In this document: piece by piece, positions 18,246-29,094 of the stretch
How the letters are laid out: every line of letters begins with the position of its first letter
Numbering within the stretch: position 1 is the first letter of the stretch
From: a virus
Taxonomy: Duplodnaviria; Caudoviricetes
DNA length: 64,000 nt
Reading direction: 5' to 3' (one strand)
IMG/VR virus record: IMGVR_UViG_3300044617_001934
Location: 1,134-65,133 of that record
Notes under the pieces: model-generated
Databases searched by the model: none
What the model was told of the DNA's origin: nothing
Seen by the model: the letters and a program-made list of their open reading frames with translations, nothing else
Made by a program: the position numbers and the translations under genes

Positions 18246-18530
18246 TTAAATTCCCATTACTGAGAAATAATACTGCGGAGCTTTCCTTACTCTATTTGGT
18301 TCGTGTTGTCTTGGATCACTGAGTTCCACCAATATGTGTGAGTCTGGGTTACTTCTGTAATGATATAAACCTTCATACTCAGTAGGTGTAAATAGTGCTA
18401 CAACTTCTGCACTGTTTTTGACTCTAATTCCTAGACTTTTACAGTGATTCTTAAACTGAGTGAAATTCATACCGTCGAACTGCCAAGGATTTGTGTCCAA
18501 AAGCTGTTTAACCTGATCCATTTTACCCAT
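18246..18530 (-). CDS. hypothetical protein
   Basis: 94 aa behind TTGACA-17-TATATT (18574-18546). Confidence 0.7.
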   Translation of the reverse strand: MGKMDQVKQLLDTNPWQFDGMNFTQFKNHCKSLGIRVKNSAEVVALFTPTEYEGLYHYRSNPDSHILVELSDPRQHEPNRVRKAPQYYFSVMGI

Positions 18531-18579
18531 CTCTTAACTCTCTATAATATAACTTACTATAAAAGTATTGTCAAGCATT

Positions 18580-18852
18580 TTATAAAATATTTTTTTCACT
18601 CAGAAACTGATCTAACCATTCCAAGGTTTCGGGACATAACCTAAACCATTCAGATTTACCTAAGATAGCTTTATTTTGCCATAGCATAGAGTGTAGTCGT
18701 TTTTCTAAGACTTTCTCATCCTTAACCTTATAAACTTTGTACAGATGCAACTTTTGACCATTGCCTGTTTGCAACTGTTTTAGTCGTCTTTCTGGACTAG
18801 CAGAAATACCAATTTTGTATAAATTTGGATCTGAATAAATTATGTATAACAT
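18580..18852 (-). CDS. T5orf172/MUG113-like GIY-YIG domain protein
   Basis: LYII..YKIGIS..PERRLKQLQTGN..EKRLH..EWF; likely start ATG 18852. Confidence 0.85.
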   Translation of the reverse strand: MLYIIYSDPNLYKIGISASPERRLKQLQTGNGQKLHLYKVYKVKDEKVLEKRLHSMLWQNKAILGKSEWFRLCPETLEWLDQFLSEKNIL

Positions 18853-18897
18853 TTTTAAAATAATCGCTTGCCTTGATAGTCTGACAAGCGATCGCAC

Positions 18898-19797
18898 CTA
18901 ACCCAAATAATTTAAAAGCATCTGAAAACAAGTCTTTCCCAGACTTTTTAACCTATAGCCGTCAAGACAATCATTATTTACACCAGCTATTTGTAAGCAA
19001 CATAACCCGAACATTTTATAAAACTTTTGTTCAGAAATAATCGAGTGATTTAATTTCAACTGTTGCTTAATCTTGGTTAGAGTATTGGAGGATTCACCAG
19101 CTAGATAAAAAACCTCATCAATTAGAAAATCAGCAGCAGATTGATATGTAGCACGGTGATCACTCTTAAAATCTAAATGAAAACCATTTATCCTATATTT
19201 TAGATTCCCACTCAGATTACATTGTTTGGTAATTTTTGGTTTAGTTGCCAGAAAAGTGTTAAACTTGCCGATTACTTGATTAACAATTACAACATTTTTA
19301 GGAACTGGTAAGTCACCTTTATTATCATAAATTTCACCGTATTTATCATCTAGATAATCAACAATTAAATTAAAACATTTCTCACCAACTACGGGTAAAA
19401 TATTTAATTTATCGTTGTATGACAGGTATGCAAGATAATTCTGATAAAGACATAAACCAATTAAACTAAAAAATTTAGTTTTAGTGACTGTTCCTAAATC
19501 ATCATAGAAAGATTGATTATGTAATTGTTCCCATAATTCAATCTTTCTTGATTTCTGCTGTGTGGGGTGTGATAACTCTAGATAAGTCAGTAATTGTTCA
19601 ATAAAATATGAACATTCTAGCCGGAGCATTTGATCTGATTCTGAGTAGGCAAAAGCAAACAAATCATAATCAAAATAGGTTCGACGTTTTACTAAATAAG
19701 TGTGTTTTATCAGAAGAATATTGTCACATGGCTTTTGGAATAATCTATCCTTTAGACATCCAAGAATAAATTGTGATTCAAGTTGAACATTTTGCAT
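18898..19797 (-). CDS. hypothetical protein
   Basis: 299-aa ORF coupled to upstream gene. Confidence 0.7.
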   Translation of the reverse strand: MQNVQLESQFILGCLKDRLFQKPCDNILLIKHTYLVKRRTYFDYDLFAFAYSESDQMLRLECSYFIEQLLTYLELSHPTQQKSRKIELWEQLHNQSFYDDLGTVTKTKFFSLIGLCLYQNYLAYLSYNDKLNILPVVGEKCFNLIVDYLDDKYGEIYDNKGDLPVPKNVVIVNQVIGKFNTFLATKPKITKQCNLSGNLKYRINGFHLDFKSDHRATYQSAADFLIDEVFYLAGESSNTLTKIKQQLKLNHSIISEQKFYKMFGLCCLQIAGVNNDCLDGYRLKSLGKTCFQMLLNYLG

Positions 19798-20333
19798 TAT
19801 TTCTTTCTCCGTGTTTTTGATATCATTGCTAACCTGGCATATTGAGCCAACATATAGCTTTCGGCTAAATTATCAGAAGCTTCTCTAGATCCATCTCTCT
19901 TGTTAGTCCAGGCATCCTCTGGGAAAACTAAGCCCATATTTAATGCAGTTAGGACTGATTTCCTTTTATTAGAATCTAATCCAAAAGGTTTTTTCCAGAC
20001 TTTTACATCTAAACTAGCAATTTCTATATTTGGTGCTGCTTGCATTTGTGCGATCAAATTTAAACAACTACCGAAAGTCTGTATACCCTTTGCTCCTTTA
20101 AACTTTGCATTATCTGAATTACTAGAACTTCTGACTTTTTCCGCAACCATAATGATTTTAGGAAACTTCTCTAGTTCCTTCATCACTTCACAAATATCAA
20201 TCATGCTGTTTCCGTAGTCTTTCAGCTTAATTAGTGGAAGTCTTAAAAGTAGTTCTGTACCACCATCACTATTCAAAATTACGATCCAACTATCATGGAC
20301 CTGACTATCAAACCCTCCGTAAAATGTGTTCAT
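19797..20333 (-). CDS. RuvC-like Holliday junction resolvase
   Basis: YGGFD, MVAEKV, WKKPFGL, DNLAESYMLA pattern of phage RuvC-like resolvases. Confidence 0.7.
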   Translation of the reverse strand: MNTFYGGFDSQVHDSWIVILNSDGGTELLLRLPLIKLKDYGNSMIDICEVMKELEKFPKIIMVAEKVRSSSNSDNAKFKGAKGIQTFGSCLNLIAQMQAAPNIEIASLDVKVWKKPFGLDSNKRKSVLTALNMGLVFPEDAWTNKRDGSREASDNLAESYMLAQYARLAMISKTRRKK

Positions 20334-20453
20334 AAAATACTCCTTATTTGTTAACAGAATAATAGCATAGTTAGAATATGAAATACAAACACAAAAAAAA
20401 CCACAAGCTGTTAACTTGTGGTCTAGTGACTATGGAATGGAAAGAAAAACTTT

Positions 20454-21545
20454 TTATGCAGTCGCTGGTTCAGCAGATTTTAAAGCAGGTGCATTAGCTG
20501 GTGCTTGTAGTTCAGCAGCTAACAACTGAGGAAGTCTAGCCTTAATATAGGCTTGACCAGCCACCAGATTACTAAATACTCTACCCTTGGGACTAATACC
20601 GTTTGCTACTTTTTCTAAAGCCTCTAAGGTGAGCAAAACGTGACCACCTTTACCCTTACCTGCTTGGTTTAGGACGGGGCTTATATTATCCCCTGTATTA
20701 GTGATTGACTTACCAAAGAATGATCCTTTAGAAGCATTCACATAGTAGATTGATTTATCTGTCAATGATACAGCTTTAAATCTCCAGTTTTGGATGCGGG
20801 CTTTCTCACCCGTATCTTTCTTGGTGATTTCCTTTTCTTCCCACTCAATCTCACTCACTTCGTAAGCACCTATGGGAAGTTCTTTTAATTGTGCGAACTG
20901 AAAAGCCTCACCTACTTTACCAACGTAGGGAGAATTAATCAAGGTTTCGTAAAGTTCCTCTAAGTCACCGGAGGCACTATTAAAAATATTGACAAGTTGC
21001 TCCCTACTGTCTTCAGGATCTCTAGCGAATGATAGGATAAAATCAAAAACCTTATTGCTGTCTTTCGCTCTTATCAATTTAGTAGAATCATTAGCACTTG
21101 GTTTTTCAGGGTTTAGATTGAAAGAAAAACCTGCAAATTGTTTGTTTGTTCCATCTGATTGAGGAACTGAAAACACTGCGAAATCAATTAAGAATTTTGC
21201 TTCCTTAATTACTGTCTGACAAGTAGTACCTAAATCTAACCGCCAATCACCCATTATAAAATAAAGCTCATTATCACCATCTTCATTTTTATCGAGTTTG
21301 AAAGAAGGTGATAGGCAGTATTTCACCTGCATTTCCTTATCCAAGGAAAATTTTAAAACTTCAACATCATCGGGAATACTAAAGATATCAGCCAATGCCA
21401 CAATCGTGGCAGCACCTAAACCTGGTGCTTTTCTTAATTCTGAAAGTTTTAAACCATATAAACCTGGTTTAAAATTTACGTAGTCAAAGTTTTCGCCTAA
21501 AAGAATAGTATCGTAAGCGCGGAAAGAATCTGAAGAAAATAACAT
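20454..21545 (-). CDS. hypothetical replication-module protein (possible ssDNA-binding)
   Basis: ORF track to 21617; ATG 21545 has AGGA RBS and own promoter 21657-21629; function inferred from context only. Confidence 0.6.
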   Translation of the reverse strand: MLFSSDSFRAYDTILLGENFDYVNFKPGLYGLKLSELRKAPGLGAATIVALADIFSIPDDVEVLKFSLDKEMQVKYCLSPSFKLDKNEDGDNELYFIMGDWRLDLGTTCQTVIKEAKFLIDFAVFSVPQSDGTNKQFAGFSFNLNPEKPSANDSTKLIRAKDSNKVFDFILSFARDPEDSREQLVNIFNSASGDLEELYETLINSPYVGKVGEAFQFAQLKELPIGAYEVSEIEWEEKEITKKDTGEKARIQNWRFKAVSLTDKSIYYVNASKGSFFGKSITNTGDNISPVLNQAGKGKGGHVLLTLEALEKVANGISPKGRVFSNLVAGQAYIKARLPQLLAAELQAPANAPALKSAEPATA

Positions 21546-21677
21546 AAGTTTGTCCTGATTTGAGAAAATGATTTTTGAGAACTGATTTGAGAAAATGATG
21601 TGTAGATGTTTTACCACCCCACAATAAAATATTAGCTTAGGTAAGATGTTTTGTCAAGTATTTGGTAAAACATTTTA

Positions 21678-23906
21678 TCAAGCTGCTTTACTAACTTTGC
21701 CGTGTTCTAAATTATACCTATCATTGAACTCTATACAGAAACTACCAAACTCGGCTGATAGTTCCTTATATACAGAGTCGTAGGACTTATGGTTTTTAGA
21801 GCATTGCAAAGATAGCTGGTGTCTGTATTTCAGATAGTTCCCATAGGTGGGGGTTTCTCCAAAAATAGCGTGGCGCTTCCAGTCTCTAGGGAATGTGACT
21901 TTATCTCCATAAAGTTCTTTGAGTGTATCTATGCCGTACATTTTTTGCATCTGCATATATGCCCAACCAGGGGCAAAGCCTTTAGCGAGTACGCCGATTT
22001 TTAATAAATTCCGATAAACTTCACGATGAGATAAACCACCACTACTGGAAATCTCAATAAATTTGATTCCCTCTGTTGACTGATTTTCCGCTTGTTGTCT
22101 AAGTTTCTTTAAAGCACGATCAGCAGCTTTGATAGTTTCACCATCTTGTAAAAAGTTGCGAGATAGTTTTTCAAATTCTTGAATCTCTTGCTCAGTATAA
22201 GGACTGTAAAGACTAAGAACGTCTGAAAGTTCTACCAGTTTATATGTTTGCAGTTGTAGTCTTTCAATAGGTAAAGGATCGTTCCTGAAAACAAAACCAC
22301 CAATAGCAGTTTTTAGGGAAGCTAAACACCTGTTAAGTTCTAGCAGATATTCTTGATCCTGTAATTTTAATTGATTACAAAGATTAGTAATTTTTAGATG
22401 CTGGTTTTGCAGCTTCTCCAGTAACTCATCATTGATATTAAAGTAACCTTCACTATTACCCCAATCAAGTAATTTTTGAGTAAGTTCATCTAGTTCTTCC
22501 TCAACTGTTTTTTCCTTAGCTTTTGGTAATTCCTCACCACACATATAGCAGCTTTTCATTCCCCTACCATTAACTGCACCACAATGCTCGCAGACTTTAC
22601 CATCTTTGGGAATAGGAATATTATTATCTTCTGAAATATTCCAATCTGTGATCATATCTGGTAGAGCATCCGCAAAATACGGATTACTGCACAGATCAAA
22701 AACATTACAGTGAGTTTTACCTGTTTTTTGGGATGGTCTTAATCCTCTACCAAATATTTGGATAAACAAAGCGTAGCCAGCCATGCTAAAGGTTCTTAGC
22801 AACACGATATTTTCAACACTTGGCTCATCAAAACCAATAGCTAAACAAGTTACTGTAAATAATAGTGCTTTACGCTCCCTGAACTTGCTAAAAGCAGCTA
22901 CCCTTTCAGATAACGGTGTGCTATCACAAACTAATAGTAGCTCACGATCAATACCTGCTTCTTTCATTTTTTCTCTAAAATAATCCATGTACTTTAGAGC
23001 GATCGCTTTCCTACCAAAAAAGAAAATAGTTTGACTATCAAAGACTGATTCTATTTGTTTACCACTATCTAAATGACTGCTTGGATTGTGTAAGTATTCC
23101 CAAGAATCAGCAGGGTTAAACATTTTATCTAATATTGCTAATTCTTCAGCCTCACTAAAATCTGTTGATCTTATTGCCTGTTTTTTCTCCATTACACCTA
23201 ATGGGTAATAGAAATAAGGACAATTAAAACCTTGTTCAATTAGTTCTTTAGTTGTTGCAACTTGATAATTTTTAATACCTTTGGAATATTCAGCACCATC
23301 ACCACGCCAAGGAGTAGCTGTATACAAAACTAAATTACTTTCAGAATAGTATTTGTATTCTTGTAATTTAGCTTGTAATTCACGTCTGAAATATGTTAAA
23401 TGCGACTCATCCAAGTGAATGATTTTAAAAGGTATTTCAGGAATACCTCTTGATTCAATTGTCTGAGCCATAGCCACAACTACTTTGATAGTTGAATAAT
23501 CTTTTGTAGTCGGTTTACCCCCAGCATAATAAGCTATCTCTGGTTTAGGAAACTTTGTTTTACAGTAATGTTCATAGAGTTCTCTTACTGATTGTATAAA
23601 TGGACTTTTGCCTTCTGGATCTTGAGCAATAACCATTTCATACATCTTTTTAGTCCCTCTAAAACCTCTACAAATTAGAGTGGTGACAAACTGATCTAAC
23701 AAAGAAGTGTATGGAACAATAATCAGACTATTAAAATTATTTTCATGCAGAAGCCAGCAAATTTGAGCAGCAATCACGGTTTTACCAGCACCACAACCAG
23801 CTACTAAGTTAACTGCTTTTTCTGGCATCTGACCCCAAAAAACCTCAGAGCAATGATCAATCGCTTTTTCTTGATATGGTCTTGGTGAAATTGTTAGTTG
23901 TTTCAT
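21678..23906 (-). CDS. superfamily 2 helicase with zinc ribbon (RadD-like)
   Basis: GCGAGKT, DESH, TATP, GFDEP, QIFGRGLR, CxxC..CxxC. Confidence 0.9.
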   Translation of the reverse strand: MKQLTISPRPYQEKAIDHCSEVFWGQMPEKAVNLVAGCGAGKTVIAAQICWLLHENNFNSLIIVPYTSLLDQFVTTLICRGFRGTKKMYEMVIAQDPEGKSPFIQSVRELYEHYCKTKFPKPEIAYYAGGKPTTKDYSTIKVVVAMAQTIESRGIPEIPFKIIHLDESHLTYFRRELQAKLQEYKYYSESNLVLYTATPWRGDGAEYSKGIKNYQVATTKELIEQGFNCPYFYYPLGVMEKKQAIRSTDFSEAEELAILDKMFNPADSWEYLHNPSSHLDSGKQIESVFDSQTIFFFGRKAIALKYMDYFREKMKEAGIDRELLLVCDSTPLSERVAAFSKFRERKALLFTVTCLAIGFDEPSVENIVLLRTFSMAGYALFIQIFGRGLRPSQKTGKTHCNVFDLCSNPYFADALPDMITDWNISEDNNIPIPKDGKVCEHCGAVNGRGMKSCYMCGEELPKAKEKTVEEELDELTQKLLDWGNSEGYFNINDELLEKLQNQHLKITNLCNQLKLQDQEYLLELNRCLASLKTAIGGFVFRNDPLPIERLQLQTYKLVELSDVLSLYSPYTEQEIQEFEKLSRNFLQDGETIKAADRALKKLRQQAENQSTEGIKFIEISSSGGLSHREVYRNLLKIGVLAKGFAPGWAYMQMQKMYGIDTLKELYGDKVTFPRDWKRHAIFGETPTYGNYLKYRHQLSLQCSKNHKSYDSVYKELSAEFGSFCIEFNDRYNLEHGKVSKAA

Positions 23907-24175
23907 TTTTTCATTCCTAAAATTACATAATCTTTATCTAATCCAAACTGACCACCTTCTAAAATGTAGGTAATAGTTCTTTGACAAGTTCTGCCAGTTG
24001 GTAAGTAATGTTTTAATCCAGCAATTATCAAGGGTTTATTTTCATCAACTTCTATCAAATTGAGAATATCCCCAATTTTATAATTACGATCATTCTTCCT
24101 TAATTCAAAAGTTTTATTTCCTGCTAAAACTTCTGTGAAATAGCAAGACCAGGTTTTTAAATCATGGGTTATCAT
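23903..24175 (-). CDS. ASCH/PUA-like DUF3850 protein
   Basis: HDLKTW..F..VLAGNKTFELRKNDRNYKIGDIL. Confidence 0.85.
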   Translation of the reverse strand: MITHDLKTWSCYFTEVLAGNKTFELRKNDRNYKIGDILNLIEVDENKPLIIAGLKHYLPTGRTCQRTITYILEGGQFGLDKDYVILGMKK

Positions 24176-24186
24176 TTTATTTTCTC

Positions 24187-25602
24187 CTAAAAAACATTAA
24201 TTCTATATCTCGCACGGCTATCAGCTACAAAATTAGTCCGGTTTCTTGCATCAAAATCACGCTTATTACAAGAGATGTCAGTCCAATTTTTGTAGATGGT
24301 ATCTACTGATTGTCCTTGAGATCCATACCCAGTGATCGCATAGCAATACCTTACTGGGTCTATTAATTGTTCAAATTTAGTCAGTCTAGTTAATGCCTTA
24401 AACCACTCAGAAGACCTATAACCATACTCTTCACTAGCTTTCTTAATACCATCTCGTAATTTATCCTGCTTATCCTGAAAAGCTATCCGTTGATCCTTGT
24501 CTATCAAATTGATTGAATTTTTTAAGCCTCTTTCCTCATCAGGATCAGCAACTACAGTCTCCCAAATTTTCCACTCTTGATCATCAGAATCTAAAACTGT
24601 TTTAAATCTGGAAGAGTAAACAACTAATTGAGTTGCCGTAGGGTAAATGATGACATCCTTACCTCTACCATCGGAGCGTTTAACAGAACCAGTTGTTACT
24701 AACAATTCTCCGGGTGTTACTGATTCTAGATCACCATAGGGAATTACAAGATTACGGACGATGTTATTGATTCTATCAACTTCTTTATTACGCCAACAAA
24801 TGCACCTTGTATAATCCCACTTTTGGGTTAGGATCATCCTCTCCACTTGCCTAGCAAAACTTTCTATTCCTGATTTTTCATCATATACAAAATAACCATG
24901 TCCATAATCGTTTTCAGGTACAGAATTAGAAAATTCTGCCAAAGGATTAAAATGTTTGTCTTTACTTTTAACAGCCTCTAAACTTGCAGATATTACTTTA
25001 TAAATAAAACTATCTTCAGAATATCTTTCAGTTTTGGTTAACTCTCTAAAGTTGTTGCCGACTAAATCTAGAGCATGAATCTTTTTTTCGCCTACTGGTG
25101 CTAATTGCCATTGATCCATCAAAACTAAAATTTTTGCACCATACCTAATCTCTGAATCTAATGACTCCCAGTTACTTTTTCCTACCATTGATCCCTCATC
25201 AACAATTACTAGATCATAAGATGATAGTGGTTTTTCTCTATCCTCAAAAATATCCCTATCCTTCTCACCGCCGACTATAAACTGTTGATGTCCATTAGCA
25301 TCAATAACAGGAGCTAGACCCAAAGCACTAGCAATAGTCTGGATATTTTTACTTCGCCCATCAAACGCTTTTTTTAAAGTCTTACAAGCTGAGTTTATAG
25401 GCGCTAATATACCGACTTTCTTAACTACACCCTCACGCATAAGACGATCTACAGCGTACTTAGCTGTAAATGTCTTACCAGTACCCGCAGTACCATAACC
25501 ACCTATAAAACGATTCTGTTGTCTCATAGCTGACAAAATAAAATCAACCATGCCCTGCTGCTGACTATTCAGCCTGACACCACGATCAGATGCAACAACC
25601 AT
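24187..25602 (-). CDS. superfamily 1 helicase (Dda/RecD-like)
   Basis: GTAGTGKT, VDEGSM, QLAPV, YAIT..SQGQS, SRAR. Confidence 0.9.
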   Translation of the reverse strand: MVVASDRGVRLNSQQQGMVDFILSAMRQQNRFIGGYGTAGTGKTFTAKYAVDRLMREGVVKKVGILAPINSACKTLKKAFDGRSKNIQTIASALGLAPVIDANGHQQFIVGGEKDRDIFEDREKPLSSYDLVIVDEGSMVGKSNWESLDSEIRYGAKILVLMDQWQLAPVGEKKIHALDLVGNNFRELTKTERYSEDSFIYKVISASLEAVKSKDKHFNPLAEFSNSVPENDYGHGYFVYDEKSGIESFARQVERMILTQKWDYTRCICWRNKEVDRINNIVRNLVIPYGDLESVTPGELLVTTGSVKRSDGRGKDVIIYPTATQLVVYSSRFKTVLDSDDQEWKIWETVVADPDEERGLKNSINLIDKDQRIAFQDKQDKLRDGIKKASEEYGYRSSEWFKALTRLTKFEQLIDPVRYCYAITGYGSQGQSVDTIYKNWTDISCNKRDFDARNRTNFVADSRARYRINVF

Positions 25603-25700
25603 CCCACACGCTCCTTAAAATATTTTGTGTATTCTATTGACTTTTACAGTATAACAGGAGTATGATAATATAGTCAAGGATAGAATAGGACAAATATTTT

Positions 25701-28322
25701 ATGGCATTCCAAGAGTTTATCAACAATAAAATTTCTGAGAAAGCAGCTATAGAAGCAGCTTTACTCCGTGTTACAGGAGAAATACAAGCAGCAACAACGG
25801 CAGCACCAGCCGTTGATCGGGTAGTTGGGGAAATATCTGCTTTGATGCAGATATTACAGACTGTTCCACAGTCTGTTGTAAGTGCTGCAAAATCGGCTAT
25901 CCAGGAAAGCTGTGGTGATATTTTTGCGCAACCTAAAGAGGTGGTGACTTTAGCTATTCCAAGATTTGTTACAGAAGTCGAGGCTACACCTGTAACTGCT
26001 GATATGGTAGGTATAACCAGTGATACTGTAGAAGCTAATGAGATTGTACCTCTTACCAGCATATCTGAGACTGACACTAATACGAAAACAACAGAATCAG
26101 AACAAACCAATGGTAAGCGAACTCGTAGGACTCAAGCTGGGTTTGGCAGGAAAGTCCAAGAATGGAACAAACAGCTAGATAATATCAATGCAGACAACTA
26201 CGAAGAAATCATACTCTCTGTGGATGATGATTACAAATTCTGGACGGCTGATAAAAAGTTTCTCAACTCGGATGTAGAGAAGAGATTAGAAGAACTAGTT
26301 GCTTACTGGTCTAATTTTGAGGTCAGCACTAATAAATATGATGTGGCAACAATCTCAGAAGAAACGACAGAAGCTTCTGAAGATTTATCTAGCTTTAAAG
26401 TCGCTGATCAACCTACGGAGATTGGCAAAATTGAGGAAACGGAAGAAACAGAAGACTTATCTAGTTTTGAAGTTGAGGAAACAGAAAATAATCCAGAAGC
26501 AAAAGCTACCACTAATGATATTACTGAACCTTTTGATATTTTAGCGTGTTCGCCAAACTCACAAAATTCTAATTGCCCAAGCATTATCAAAAGTGATCAA
26601 ATAGATAGTTGGATCTCTAGTTTAGAGGGGGATGAGGAGTTAAATAAAGCTAAAGAAGAGGAAGAAATAGCCAAGTTTTGGGAGCAAGCAGATACTTGGT
26701 TTGCTGAGTTAGATAGTTATGATACTAAGAATGCTGAATTAGTACAGAGTGAAAAAATTGATGACATTCTTAGTAAAATCACCAAAATTGAATATGAATA
26801 TAAATCTGCTTGGAGAGAACTGAAGATATCCTGTCCGCCTTTAGAAAGAAAATTGAAAGAAGCTAGAGATTATTGGGAGTCTGTACGTGCAAATCTTCCT
26901 CTAACGATAGCTACTGAAGACTTATCTAACTCCGAAGTTGAGGAAACAAAGGAATCAGATCACTTACAGCAATTTTTAGATCGTTTCAATAGTAATTTAA
27001 GTGAATCAGGATTAGCTGATTTACAGGAAGAAATCAGACAATTTTATGGTAGTCCCAGCAAAGTACCTCAAGAATTATTGGATGCCAATGAAGTAGCCTG
27101 GCAACGACTAAATGATGACAGTGAGTCAATTGATGATAGTGGTTCTGATGTTTCTGACAGTTCTAACAATGATGACTCAGAAGAATTAGAGATTTATGAT
27201 GGTGATGTGCCAGAAGAGGAGGAATTAAAGACAGATGAAATCGAGATTGACACTAACTCTGATCAGGACCTAGAAAGAATCTGTGATCTAATTGAAGAAT
27301 TAGACCAGCAAGAAGTAGACACAGTACAAATAAACAAAGAATGGCAACAAGCTATTTTAAATTGTGCTACTTTGGATGATCTTCAAAACTGGGATAAGTT
27401 CATAGCCGACACAATATCTAAAGAACCCGATAGTGTTGAACCTGAAACCTTCACGGCTTTAGAAACTGCAAGAGCAAAATTAGAAGCTGAAATTTTAATT
27501 GTTGATTGGACAAGCCGTGCTGAATTTGCCTTTGACAATAGTGAACTAACAAAAATTTATGAGGAAATCAGAGATTTTAACACCAGATATCCTGATAAGT
27601 TCGTTTACACCACAGAGTTACACAATACTTTAGAACTAGCAAAAAAACGTCTCCCTGCTCCTGTAGCAACCATAGAACCAACAGAATCAGAAGTTAATGC
27701 TGCTAAAGCTGATATTAGCAACGGTTGGGGAAATATTGAGACTGGGAAAGCTGAGGAAACTAAACCTGAAACCATTACACCTGTAGCTGAGGAAACTAAA
27801 ACAGAACCAGCAGCGCAAACACCAGTTAAACGATCTAAGTTTGGTGGTATTAAGGCTAATGTTGTGAGAAAAGAAACTGTAGAAGCTACTGCTGAAAGTG
27901 AGGCAAACAATGAAGGTTTCAGCATCTCTAATATTAACACTGGTGATGAGTTTGTTTTTCAAACTCTAGAGGGTGGAAGTGAAAGACATAAACGGTTTGA
28001 TGACAGATATATCTTAGATCCGGGGACTAAGCTATATGAGCCAGCCACAGGTCATGTTTTTGAAGTAGTAACCTGGGAAGAAATCAGAGCTAAAAGTCCT
28101 TTAATAGCTGAGAATCCCGGTAAATTACCTTTAGTTGCTAGGCACTTCTCTAATAATCCTTACCCAAAAGTTGCTGACAGGACTCAGGATTATGTGGTAG
28201 TTGATGAAACTCTAGCTAACAAGTTTATTACACAGTTTCAGCAAAATATTGAGGAATTAAAGAACCAAGTAGCTGAGTCAGCTAAAAATGGTAATCCCTC
28301 AGTGTTTTCAATAGGTGCTTAA
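25701..28322 (+). CDS. large, highly acidic hypothetical protein
   Basis: 873 aa, D/E-rich, AGGA RBS and TTGACT-18-TATGAT promoter. Confidence 0.8.
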   Translation: MAFQEFINNKISEKAAIEAALLRVTGEIQAATTAAPAVDRVVGEISALMQILQTVPQSVVSAAKSAIQESCGDIFAQPKEVVTLAIPRFVTEVEATPVTADMVGITSDTVEANEIVPLTSISETDTNTKTTESEQTNGKRTRRTQAGFGRKVQEWNKQLDNINADNYEEIILSVDDDYKFWTADKKFLNSDVEKRLEELVAYWSNFEVSTNKYDVATISEETTEASEDLSSFKVADQPTEIGKIEETEETEDLSSFEVEETENNPEAKATTNDITEPFDILACSPNSQNSNCPSIIKSDQIDSWISSLEGDEELNKAKEEEEIAKFWEQADTWFAELDSYDTKNAELVQSEKIDDILSKITKIEYEYKSAWRELKISCPPLERKLKEARDYWESVRANLPLTIATEDLSNSEVEETKESDHLQQFLDRFNSNLSESGLADLQEEIRQFYGSPSKVPQELLDANEVAWQRLNDDSESIDDSGSDVSDSSNNDDSEELEIYDGDVPEEEELKTDEIEIDTNSDQDLERICDLIEELDQQEVDTVQINKEWQQAILNCATLDDLQNWDKFIADTISKEPDSVEPETFTALETARAKLEAEILIVDWTSRAEFAFDNSELTKIYEEIRDFNTRYPDKFVYTTELHNTLELAKKRLPAPVATIEPTESEVNAAKADISNGWGNIETGKAEETKPETITPVAEETKTEPAAQTPVKRSKFGGIKANVVRKETVEATAESEANNEGFSISNINTGDEFVFQTLEGGSERHKRFDDRYILDPGTKLYEPATGHVFEVVTWEEIRAKSPLIAENPGKLPLVARHFSNNPYPKVADRTQDYVVVDETLANKFITQFQQNIEELKNQVAESAKNGNPSVFSIGA

Positions 28323-28437
28323 TGAAATAAGTACAAGCATCTAACACAAACAATTATTCACTAAAAGTATTGTATTAATCTTATAAACTTTTAGTGAATA
28401 GGTGATAAAATAACATAAGTAAAACAAAGGAAAAAAG

Positions 28438-28953
28438 ATGAACAACCATTATGGTATTCCTCAAACTAGAGACAGAAGTTATGGTGTTGCAGCTTGTTTG
28501 ACTTATTGGGTTTTTAAGTGTCGCGACAGGAAAAAAAGCCCAGCGATGGGAACTAAGACATGGACTTATTTGGAGTCCTCTATCAGAAATTGTGCAGAAA
28601 TAAGCACAACTTTAGAAGATTATTTACAGAAACTTTGTGATAAGTTGTTATCCCAATTACGCCCTGTTGAACTAACTAAAATCATTAATCCTACGCAACG
28701 GATTTTAAGGGTTAATGAAGACGCTACAGAGATCAAAGAACTTCCCATAGATCAACAATTAATATTTATGGGTTGGTTGGACTTACTGGACGATATTAGG
28801 CAGGATGGTTTTACCGAGTGGGATATTTTAGAACTACTTAGAACCAAAGCGGGAATTATTCAAGTTCTATGCAGATTACGCTTTGAAGAGGATAGAGCTT
28901 TAGGTGCAGATGAACCAGAAGAATTTATAGAAGTTGAGGCGACAAATGTTTGA
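28438..28953 (+). CDS. cas11: type IV-B CRISPR small subunit (Cas11-like), intact
   Basis: 171 aa, helical, W..L...IR..A....TLEDYL..LC.KL pattern; overlaps the start of a csf2 fragment. Confidence 0.6.
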   Translation: MNNHYGIPQTRDRSYGVAACLTYWVFKCRDRKKSPAMGTKTWTYLESSIRNCAEISTTLEDYLQKLCDKLLSQLRPVELTKIINPTQRILRVNEDATEIKELPIDQQLIFMGWLDLLDDIRQDGFTEWDILELLRTKAGIIQVLCRLRFEEDRALGADEPEEFIEVEATNV

Positions 28954-29094
28954 AAATTACGATATTTTTGACAGAGAAAGATTGACACTACACTGTGTTA
29001 TAACAACCCAGTCACCATTAAGTCATATTGGTGAAGTCTCTGGTAATGTTAGCAATTTAAAAACTTTAAAGTTGTTAGATTTTGAAGATCAGCC
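28946..29094 (+). pseudogene. csf2: 5' fragment of Csf2 (Cas7-like RAMP)
   Basis: MFENY..LTLHCVITTQSPLSHIGEVSGNVSNLKTLKLLD is a RAMP N-terminus; similarity stops after about 50 codons. Confidence 0.7.
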
